A stretch of DNA of 57,955 bases from Burkholderiaceae bacterium (GTDB lineage Bacteria; Pseudomonadota; Gammaproteobacteria; Burkholderiales; Burkholderiaceae_C): NCBI GenBank assembly GCA_031277295.1, contig JAITMV010000259.1:1-57955 (forward strand), written 5' to 3'. Both the position numbers and the translations under genes were made by a program. The stretch's first letter is position 1. The number at the start of each line of letters is the position of its first letter. Below, one piece after another: positions 22,326 through 30,189 of the stretch. The notes beneath the pieces are model-generated. The model worked only from the letters and a program-made list of their open reading frames with translations. It had not been told where the DNA came from and did not search any database.

Positions 22326-24574
22326 TGGGGTACCTCTAGCGTCAACGAGTCGCCCTGGATGCCGGCGGGGGTGCCGGCGGCGACGGGTAGCAGTGAGATG
22401 AGCAGCTTGGTGCCTGGTGGGTAGGCGGGCAGTAGCAGCTCGCGGCCTAAGACGGTGATGTGGCCGGCGATGGGTATTTGCTCGCTGGGACCTCCGCTGA
22501 CGGATACGCGCACGTCGGCGCCGTGGGCGCCATCCAACTCCCACACCAGGCGCAGGGCGTCGCCGTCGGCGGGTAGTGCGGCGAGGTTGTAGGCGCGGGC
22601 TATGAGGTTCTGGCCGCTTTCGGGGTCGGGGACGTTGCCGAGGCCCCACTCAAGGGGGTAGTAGGCTTCGTATTCGTCTCGGGCGGTGATGCGCACACGG
22701 CGGTTGCTGGCTGGCTCGATGCCGATGATGCGTACGCGCTTGCCTGGCGTGGCTTGTGGGCCACCGAGCCATGTCCAGTCTTCGGGGATCGTGTCCGGGT
22801 AGTCGCTGGCGCTGTTGGGCGCGTTGGCGTTGAGCCAGCTTGGTGCTTGATCGAGGCCCCAAGCGTCAATCACTTCCAGTACGCGCGTGCGCTCGGCGGG
22901 CGCGACGCAGCGTAGGCTGAAGGGATCGCCACCGGGTGGCGTGACCATCAACCAAAAGTCACCGCCGCCCGGTTGCTCGACTTCGGCGGATAGCTCGACC
23001 GCCGCCACCTTGCTGCCGGCAACGGTCAGCGCCATCAATCTGCCGCTGTAGGCCCAGCGCGTCAAGTCGTGGGCCAGTTGGATGATGTCGCCGCAGGCTA
23101 CCGTGAGGCCCATTAGGGTACTCTCCCAGGTCATGGTGCGTCGGTGATAGTGGCGGCCGGCGGCCTGCAGGTTGACCAGGCGCTGGGCTTGCGCCTGGGG
23201 CATCGAATAGACGGCCTGGTTGATTTGTTGGTTGACGGGCAACGTGACGCCGGGGACGGTGGCGTAGACGGTGTCTGGCTCGTAGTCGGCATCTGATCTG
23301 GTGTAGGTAACGCCGTATTCATCCACGGTGTCGTCGCTTGCGTAAGCTACCTTGAAGCTGCCGGCAACGATGTTGCTGGCGCCAAAGGCGGCAAGCCAGG
23401 GCTGGCCGGCGGCTTCCCACCAGACTGAGAGTTTGCCGGGTGCCCAGGTTTTGCGGGCGCGGCCGGCGGCGGCGATGTCGTCGAGTACCGAGCCGGCGGT
23501 GCGCTGGGCGGCAACGGCCATGCGGCACTCCAGGCTGGCCTGCTCGCACCACTGGCCCCAGGCAATGATGGTGCCGTAGTCGATGCGGTTGTTGACCAAG
23601 CCGGCGCCAAAGATGCGAGCGCCGTTTGACGGATCGGGATGATCGAGCCAGCCGGCTTGGCCCAGGTGCGCGGGCGCTGCCGTAGCGTTGAGGAAGCCGC
23701 CGCGTGCAAAGTAGATGAACAGCCAGGCTGGATTGACCGTCTCCGTCCACTGCCACGCGCCGCCGGCGCCGGGCGGCGTACCGTCCCAGGGCGAGGCGCT
23801 GGCCCAGACCCAGCACTTGTGTTTGACCAGGGCTGAGTAACGGTCTACGCGGCCATTGAGTTGGCCGGTGGCGCGGATCATCAAGCCTTGTCTGCGTTGC
23901 GCGGGGTATAGCGCGTCGGTGTCGCGGAATATCTTGACGCGGGTGAACTCCATCTCGGATACGTCGCTGGCGTCGGTGGAGTCTGGCGTGGTGCGGCGCA
24001 CGCGGAACTTGATGGCCGGCTCGCTCAAGTTGGCGGCGAAGGTCTCGCGCACGACGCGGGTGCTGCCGTTTGTGATGGTCATGGGCGAGAACGGCAGCGG
24101 CTTCCAGATCGCCGCACCGGGAGTCTGGTATTCGGCCTCGAATTTGCACGACAGGTTTTTGAAGCCGCCGCCGTCTTGCTTCAACAGGCGCCCGGCGATG
24201 TCGATTTGGATGTAGTGGCCGGCTTGCGAGCCTTGGCGCTCGATCCAGCCTTGATTGAGGGTTTCGGCGTTTTGCTCCAGCGCGCCGCCGTCGATGGTTT
24301 GTACGCTGCCGGGGTAGGTGTCGCCGGGGCGGTTTTCTCCGGTGTAGCCGGTGAGCAGGGTGCGGTCGGCCTGGCCCGTGGGGACGTGGCTGTCGTGCAA
24401 TTCCACCTGCTGGTACTGGTCCAGCGCGTTGGGGCCGATGCGCGGCTCAGTGACAGACAAGTCGCCGCAGCCGAAGTTGAAGATGCTGGTCAGGCGCTCG
24501 GTCTGATAAATGATCTCGTAGCCATAGCGCACGATGACCGGCAGCGGTGTATTGAGTGGACTCCAGGTCGCCAT
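22322..24574 (-). CDS. Host-specificity / central tail protein (J-like), C-terminal part
   Basis: SIFNFG, IRATGQLNG, T.NPAW and GDIIQLAHDL motifs typical of TipJ-like proteins. Confidence 0.85.
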   Translation of the reverse strand: MATWSPLNTPLPVIVRYGYEIIYQTERLTSIFNFGCGDLSVTEPRIGPNALDQYQQVELHDSHVPTGQADRTLLTGYTGENRPGDTYPGSVQTIDGGALEQNAETLNQGWIERQGSQAGHYIQIDIAGRLLKQDGGGFKNLSCKFEAEYQTPGAAIWKPLPFSPMTITNGSTRVVRETFAANLSEPAIKFRVRRTTPDSTDASDVSEMEFTRVKIFRDTDALYPAQRRQGLMIRATGQLNGRVDRYSALVKHKCWVWASASPWDGTPPGAGGAWQWTETVNPAWLFIYFARGGFLNATAAPAHLGQAGWLDHPDPSNGARIFGAGLVNNRIDYGTIIAWGQWCEQASLECRMAVAAQRTAGSVLDDIAAAGRARKTWAPGKLSVWWEAAGQPWLAAFGASNIVAGSFKVAYASDDTVDEYGVTYTRSDADYEPDTVYATVPGVTLPVNQQINQAVYSMPQAQAQRLVNLQAAGRHYHRRTMTWESTLMGLTVACGDIIQLAHDLTRWAYSGRLMALTVAGSKVAAVELSAEVEQPGGGDFWLMVTPPGGDPFSLRCVAPAERTRVLEVIDAWGLDQAPSWLNANAPNSASDYPDTIPEDWTWLGGPQATPGKRVRIIGIEPASNRRVRITARDEYEAYYPLEWGLGNVPDPESGQNLIARAYNLAALPADGDALRLVWELDGAHGADVRVSVSGGPSEQIPIAGHITVLGRELLLPAYPPGTKLLISLLPVAAGTPAGIQGDSLTLEVPQ

Positions 24575-24575
24575 A

Positions 24576-25460
24576 TCAACCCCCGCCCCCGCCGCCGTCA
24601 CCACCGCCGCTTCCTTGCTGGATCAGCACCAGGTAGTCTTCATACGTGGCGACTACGGGCGCGCCGCCAAGTGTCTGGGTACGGACGACGAATGTGTGCG
24701 GCTGAGTGACAGTGCCCTGGTTGCTGCTGGTGTAGGTGCGGGGGGCGTTGTCGCCGTAGTAAACGAAGGCGCTGTCGGTCTTGATTTGCGTCCACGGCTC
24801 GATTACCGCTGGCGGCACGGCGTCGTCAAAGCCGAATGTCGGATGCATCATCGTTTCTATTTGCGGCGTGTTGTTGATGACGTCGGTAGCAGAGGTGGGG
24901 TCGAGCACAAACTCCGCGAAGGGTCGCCCCGCGTAGTCGGGGAAGATGCGGTGCTCGCCCAACACCAGCGGCAGCGGCTCGTAGGGTCTGGCGTCATTGG
25001 AGCCGCCCTCGATGCTGTAGGCAGTCGGCGCGTTGTCGTTGTCTTGGCCTGAGCCAGCCGATTTGCGCATCAGCGAGCTGGCTATGGCCGACAGGGCCAT
25101 CGAGATAACGGTGTTGGCGGCAAAGGCCAGCACGGTGCCGAGGGCGAGCGCGGTGCCGTAGGCCATCTCTCCGTACATCACAAGCTTCGCGGCGATGGTG
25201 GAGGCACCGAAATCGCGCGCAACCTGCTGCAACACCAACACGTCACCAGCGTGGACGGTCGCTTGCGGCCACCGCGCGGCGTCATCCAATGGGTCGCCGT
25301 TGAGCGCGGCGGCCAGCGGTGTATCGACAAGCCCCAGGCGACCGATGATGGACTGCACGGTGTCGCCATCCATCAACGCCACCGCCTTGTGCTCGCGCTC
25401 GCTGGCCGGGCGCAGCGGGTTGGGGCACCAGATGACGGATAGCGTGGGTATCACAGCCAT
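24576..25460 (-). CDS. Tail assembly I-like domain plus N-terminal part of J-like protein
   Basis: Ubiquitin-like N-domain, hydrophobic segment, NDARPYEPLPLVLGEHRIFPD motif. Confidence 0.8.
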   Translation of the reverse strand: MAVIPTLSVIWCPNPLRPASEREHKAVALMDGDTVQSIIGRLGLVDTPLAAALNGDPLDDAARWPQATVHAGDVLVLQQVARDFGASTIAAKLVMYGEMAYGTALALGTVLAFAANTVISMALSAIASSLMRKSAGSGQDNDNAPTAYSIEGGSNDARPYEPLPLVLGEHRIFPDYAGRPFAEFVLDPTSATDVINNTPQIETMMHPTFGFDDAVPPAVIEPWTQIKTDSAFVYYGDNAPRTYTSSNQGTVTQPHTFVVRTQTLGGAPVVATYEDYLVLIQQGSGGGDGGGGGG

Positions 25461-25828
25461 GCGTAATACCCCTCGATCCGATAGCAACGCGCCAGCCTGG
25501 CCAGCGGGGTGCGCACACTGGCGCCAAATATGGAATCGCTGTGCAGGATGTAAGCCGCATGGTCAATCAGGCAATACAGGCCCATGTGAGCGCGCCGGCC
25601 ACGCGCGATCATCAACACGCCGCAGCCGTCTTTGGGCGCGCCGATACGCTTGGCGTAGTCATCGACGTGGGTGATGATGACGCGCGAGCATTGATCCAGG
25701 TCGCTCGATGGTCGTGCCGGGAAGCGCACGTCGCGCCCGAACTGCTCGCGCAGCACACGCTCGACCAGTTGGCTGCAATCCAGCGCGCTGTGCGGGATGT
25801 CGATGTAGGCGTCGGACCAGTGCGCCAT
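25451..25828 (-). CDS. NlpC/P60-family tail assembly protein
   Basis: DCSQLV, HMGLY and ILH catalytic-type motifs. Confidence 0.8.
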   Translation of the reverse strand: MAHWSDAYIDIPHSALDCSQLVERVLREQFGRDVRFPARPSSDLDQCSRVIITHVDDYAKRIGAPKDGCGVLMIARGRRAHMGLYCLIDHAAYILHSDSIFGASVRTPLARLARCYRIEGYYAWL

Positions 25829-25830
25829 GT

Positions 25831-26307
25831 CTAAAACAGACCAGGGGCGGTTTCGGGGCGGTAGGTGTAGCTGACCGCTGGCTTGTTGAGGATGTCGTCG
25901 TAGCCGAGCGCGCCGCTGACGGCCAGGGTGGTGACTTCGATGTTGCGCAGGTCAAGCACAAGCTCGTCCTCGACGAAATCCGGCGCGCTCCTCATGATCT
26001 GGATCGCTGTGATGACCGCGCCACGCCCGCCGTGGGTCTGCTCGAAGAACGCGCCGACGCCGCCGGAGATGTTGCCGATGGAGAGCGTCGCTGCCGGTGT
26101 GCGGCCGTCTTGGTCATCGGGCCAGCCGAACTCGAAGCTGGTGGCGTGGTACAGGTGGCCGCGCGAGACGATGTCCTGGTTGTCGCCGACAAAGCGCATT
26201 GGCTCAGGTAAAAGGGCGTGGGACAGTTCCAGCAGGATCAGCGGGCGGTCTGCCGGCGCCAGTTGCTGGGCGGCGCGGCGGAAATTGGGGGACTTGCGCG
26301 CGGTCAC
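25831..26307 (-). CDS. DUF1833-like tail hub protein
   Basis: LLELSH and Y.PETAPGLF motifs; position in tail operon. Confidence 0.8.
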   Translation of the reverse strand: MTARKSPNFRRAAQQLAPADRPLILLELSHALLPEPMRFVGDNQDIVSRGHLYHATSFEFGWPDDQDGRTPAATLSIGNISGGVGAFFEQTHGGRGAVITAIQIMRSAPDFVEDELVLDLRNIEVTTLAVSGALGYDDILNKPAVSYTYRPETAPGLF

Positions 26308-26678
26308 GCCCAGTACTCCAGTGTGAAGGTCGCCAGGTACTCGTCGAAGCGGTTGGACAGTGCCTGGTAGCGCACCGCGCCGTTCACGAGGCGGGCGCGG
26401 CGCAGGGTGGCGCCGGTGGCGTCTTCGGGGTCGGGCCAGGCAAAGTAGGCGGCGCCAAGGCCCAAGTCATCGCGTCGCCAGGACTCGAAGGCGTCTTTGT
26501 CGGCCTGGCTTTGGAGGCGGTAGGACAGATCGACCTCGTACCGCGCCAGCGACTGAAGGCGGGACTGTTCGATAAAGCCGTCGTCCATCTCGGTGCGCGC
26601 CACGCCGCCGCCAGCGCTGGGCTGGTAGCCATCGTCAAGCACCAACTGGGCGTAGGCGGGGAAGGTGGTGTAGGCCAT
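26304..26678 (-). CDS. Distal-tail-like protein
   Basis: RTEMDDG motif; immediately after tape measure. Confidence 0.7.
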   Translation of the reverse strand: MAYTTFPAYAQLVLDDGYQPSAGGGVARTEMDDGFIEQSRLQSLARYEVDLSYRLQSQADKDAFESWRRDDLGLGAAYFAWPDPEDATGATLRRARLVNGAVRYQALSNRFDEYLATFTLEYWA

Positions 26679-26681
26679 CGG

Positions 26682-29600
26682 TTAGCCCCGTTGCAGCGCG
26701 GACCTGATTCCACGGATGCCACGTCCGCCGGAATGCGCGTCTTCGAGCAACACGTCGATGACCCAGCGGCCACCTTCGCGCGTCATCTTCGGGTCGCTGG
26801 CTTCCTTGGCCGTGCCGGTGTTGTTCATGCGGATCGTGATCGCGGGCGGTTGCGCGCTGGCCGCGCCCGTGACCGCGCCGCCCGTGGCGTAGCGGGTGCG
26901 TTGCGCGCGCTGGGCGCTTTGGTGGGCCTGCACCAGGCCGCCGAAGTTGAAACGCGGTTTCGGCAGTTGCAACGTCCTGATGGCTTCCATGAAGTCCAGG
27001 CCGTAGTGCTTGACGGCGCGCGTGGGCTGGATGAATTCGCCGTCGCTCACGCGGATCGGCATGCGCCCGCCGACCAACGCCGGAATGCTGTCGCTGGTGG
27101 CGCTGCCGGGGCCGCGCACGTGGCCGCCTTCGGCGAAGCCGAACAGGCTGCCGATGCCGGAAAAGAGCGCGCCGAAGATGTTGGTGCGCTTGCTGCCGCC
27201 CGCGCCGTCGCTCACGTCGAACTGGTCGGCCAGCAGTCGCTTGATGCCGCTGCGCATGATGTCGCCGGCGATTTGGCGCAGGGTCGAGGCGACAAAGTCG
27301 CCCAGGTTCTTGAAGTCGGTGACGGCCACGGCGGCGGCGTCGGCCAGGTTATCGACGAGGCTGTTCTTGATCTGGGTGCCGAGCCCCACCATGCTTGGGG
27401 TGGCGGCGTCGGCGGCATTTTGAAGCCGGCCGATGCTGACGCCCATGTCGGCGAACAAAGCGTCGGCGCCTTTGGGCAGATTCCCTTTGATCGCAGCCAT
27501 TTGCTGCGCGATGTCGCTCATGGCTGATGCCGAATCAGAACTGACTCGGGCAAGACGGGAATCGGCTTCGGTTTGGCTGATAGCGCCTTTCTGTCGCAAG
27601 ACTTGGATTGCCTCCTCTTGCATTCGCAGCGCACTTTGAATGCGCCGCGCTTCCTCAAGCTTGGCGTTGAACTCGGCCTGCGCCAAGGTAGCCTGCCCCA
27701 GCAGGTCAATGCTCGCGCGCTGCCGTGCCTCTTCAGCCGGGTCGGTCTGGCGTCCGGCTGCTTTGTAGTACGGCTCCAATCGCGCCTGGATTTGTTTGAG
27801 CACTTCCTCGCGGTCGAAATGGCCCGTGATGCTGGCGACTTCGACCTTCAGTTGGGCGGTGATGTTGGACAGCTTGCGTTCTTCGTCCACCTTCCACTTG
27901 TCTAGCTTGCGTGTGCCTTGTTGCAGGCTGCTGTCGAGCAGATCAAGCTCGGCTTGCAGCTTGATGCGCTCTTGTGCCAGCGCGCCGCGCTCGCCGGGCC
28001 TGGCCTTGGCTAGCGCCTTGTCGATTTCGGCGATTTGGGCTTCGATGGCCTGGCGTTGGGCTTGGGTGTCGTTTTTGATGTTGGCTAGCCGCGCCTGATA
28101 CGCGGCTTCGATGCTGACTTGGCCGTCTTCGAGGGCTTGTACGACGATGGCGTCGCCTTCTTTGATGGCGGCTTGCAAGCGGTCGAGGTCGGCCTTGATC
28201 TGGGCGGTGGCGGTGCTCGCTTCGGAGCGGGCGCTGGGGCCGCGCGCGCTGCGGCCGCGCGGCTTGTTGAGGTTGGCGGCGTATTGGTCGTAATTGGCCT
28301 GCGCCCGCGCCTTGTCCGCCGCCGTTGCGACGGGCGAATCGAGGACTTTATCTAGCTCGGCCTTGGCGGCGGCAAGCTCCTTCATCCTTTTGACTTCGGC
28401 GCTGGCGCTGCGCTCGACTTTCTGGGAGAGGCTTATGCCGGCCTCAGTGACTTTTTGCCTTTCGGCATCGGCTCGGGCGGCATCCTCCTGCGCGCCCACA
28501 ATGTTGGCCAGGCCAACAATCTGCTGTTGCAAAGCGGAGATATTTTTTCTTCGCGTTTCGTCGCTTGGCCCAAATATGCCGCCGACGCGGGTTTCCTCGT
28601 AAGCCAGTTGCGTTCCCAGCTCGCGCAGTCTGTCGATGTCGGTTGTCTCTCTGCCGACGCCGAGCATGACATCCCATGTGTTCTTGGCAGCATCCTTGAC
28701 CACATTCCACGCCGACTCAATCGCACCCAGGTTTTCTTTCAACTTGGCGGTACGCTTGTCCATCTCTGCCGAGTAAGCGTCCTGCGCAACCGCCGCCGCG
28801 TCTTCTTTGCGGCCCTGCTCTTCCAGAGCCTTGATCTGCTCGTACACCGCCAGCGTCAGATAGTGGTACTGCTCGTTGAGCTTGAGCGATGCCTGCACCG
28901 GCGCTTCGCCTAGCGCGGCAAATTGCTGCACAGTCTTGTCCACACTCTGGCCGGCGTAGCGCTCTAAGTCGAGCGCGGTTTGCGTGACTTTTTGCAGCTT
29001 GTCGGCCGCCACGTCGCCAGTGCTCGCCAGTTGCGCCAACACGGCGGCGGCATCGCCTTGCGTGGCTTGGCTGCTAGCGCCAATCCGCGCTGCCATGCCG
29101 GCGAGCTGGTCGGAGGTCGTACCAGCGGCGTTGCCGGTCATGATTAACGCCTTGCGATAGGCGTCGGCCTCATCTGATCCTTGTTTGTACGCGAGCGCGG
29201 CAGCCCCGAGCGCGGCGACCAGGCCGCCTATGACGGCCCCCGCCGATCCCGCGACGGCCACCACGCCGCGCACCGCGCCCGCCGCTTGCCCGGCCGCCTC
29301 GCCCGCAACGCCGAATCTCTCAGCCAAGTCGGCCAAGCGTTTGTTGTACTCGCCCTGCGAAATGGCGCCCGATTTCAGCAAATCGCCCAGCGCGGATTGC
29401 GCCACCGCCATGCGTTCTGCATTGGTCTTGGCCTTGGCCAGTGCCTCGGACAGGCGCTCCAGCGCGCCGCGCGCGTCGTTGCCGCCCTTGGCGCCGGCTC
29501 CGCCCAAATCGGCCAAGTCATCGCGCAGCGCGCCGACATCCTTGCGCGCGCTTGCCGCATCGACCGTGATCTTGATATTGACCGGAGGTATGTCTGCCAT
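26682..29600 (-). CDS. Tail tape measure protein
   Basis: 972 aa Ala-rich helical; ALIMTGNAAG, LNEQYHYL and FAEGGHVRGPGSATSDSIPA motifs. Confidence 0.93.
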   Translation of the reverse strand: MADIPPVNIKITVDAASARKDVGALRDDLADLGGAGAKGGNDARGALERLSEALAKAKTNAERMAVAQSALGDLLKSGAISQGEYNKRLADLAERFGVAGEAAGQAAGAVRGVVAVAGSAGAVIGGLVAALGAAALAYKQGSDEADAYRKALIMTGNAAGTTSDQLAGMAARIGASSQATQGDAAAVLAQLASTGDVAADKLQKVTQTALDLERYAGQSVDKTVQQFAALGEAPVQASLKLNEQYHYLTLAVYEQIKALEEQGRKEDAAAVAQDAYSAEMDKRTAKLKENLGAIESAWNVVKDAAKNTWDVMLGVGRETTDIDRLRELGTQLAYEETRVGGIFGPSDETRRKNISALQQQIVGLANIVGAQEDAARADAERQKVTEAGISLSQKVERSASAEVKRMKELAAAKAELDKVLDSPVATAADKARAQANYDQYAANLNKPRGRSARGPSARSEASTATAQIKADLDRLQAAIKEGDAIVVQALEDGQVSIEAAYQARLANIKNDTQAQRQAIEAQIAEIDKALAKARPGERGALAQERIKLQAELDLLDSSLQQGTRKLDKWKVDEERKLSNITAQLKVEVASITGHFDREEVLKQIQARLEPYYKAAGRQTDPAEEARQRASIDLLGQATLAQAEFNAKLEEARRIQSALRMQEEAIQVLRQKGAISQTEADSRLARVSSDSASAMSDIAQQMAAIKGNLPKGADALFADMGVSIGRLQNAADAATPSMVGLGTQIKNSLVDNLADAAAVAVTDFKNLGDFVASTLRQIAGDIMRSGIKRLLADQFDVSDGAGGSKRTNIFGALFSGIGSLFGFAEGGHVRGPGSATSDSIPALVGGRMPIRVSDGEFIQPTRAVKHYGLDFMEAIRTLQLPKPRFNFGGLVQAHQSAQRAQRTRYATGGAVTGAASAQPPAITIRMNNTGTAKEASDPKMTREGGRWVIDVLLEDAHSGGRGIRGIRSALQRG

Positions 29601-29602
29601 GT

Positions 29603-29842
29603 TTACAGCCTGCCGGCCAACGCCTGGCCGATTGAGTTGACGTTATGCGCGGCCTGGTGCTCCATGCGGTCAGCCTCCTGCTTGCCGATAGCGCTCAGGT
29701 AGCCCTTGAGCTGGGCGAGGCTGTAGCGGGCGACGTGCTCGGGCCGGTGGCCAGCGCCGATGAGTTGCTGGGCGATGCTCCACCAATCGACATGATCCGG
29801 CTGATCGATGCCGCCAGCGGAGGCAGGCTCCGCAAAAAAAAA
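29603..29842 (-). CDS. Tail assembly chaperone 'T' segment, reached by -1 frameshift
   Basis: Open -1 frame after the T9 run: FAEPAS...DWWSIAQQLIGAGHRPEHVARYSLAQLKGYL...GRL*; stop 2 nt before tape measure ATG. Confidence 0.8.
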   Translation of the reverse strand, partial: FFFAEPASAGGIDQPDHVDWWSIAQQLIGAGHRPEHVARYSLAQLKGYLSAIGKQEADRMEHQAAHNVNSIGQALAGRL

Positions 29843-30189
29843 TCGGCGTTGACTTCCAGTACTTCGGCGATAGCCAGACCGACCGTGACGGCGGGCATGG
29901 CGCGGATGTCTTCGGGTTGCAGGCGTTGCGGCGCGGCGCCGTCTCTGGCCGGCAGCGCCAGGCAGCCGGCCAGCAGGCGCTCCAAGGCAGCGCGCTCGGG
30001 TGTGCCGGCTGCAAGGGCGCGCAGCATCTGGATGGGGCCGGCAGCGCCGTCGCTGATCGAGATGACGTACTGGCCGATCAGCAAGGCGTCGTCGAACTGC
30101 TCAAAGGCGATCTTGTAAACCACGAAGCCGGTGCCGCCGATGGTGCGGATTTCGGGATGGTGAAAGAGGTCGCGCAGAGAGTTAATCAT
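29695..30189 (-). CDS. Tail assembly chaperone 'G'
   Basis: EVNADFF motif at the slippery site; upstream of tape measure. Confidence 0.8.
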   Translation of the reverse strand: MINSLRDLFHHPEIRTIGGTGFVVYKIAFEQFDDALLIGQYVISISDGAAGPIQMLRALAAGTPERAALERLLAGCLALPARDGAAPQRLQPEDIRAMPAVTVGLAIAEVLEVNADFFLRSLPPLAASISRIMSIGGASPSNSSALATGPSTSPATASPSSRAT

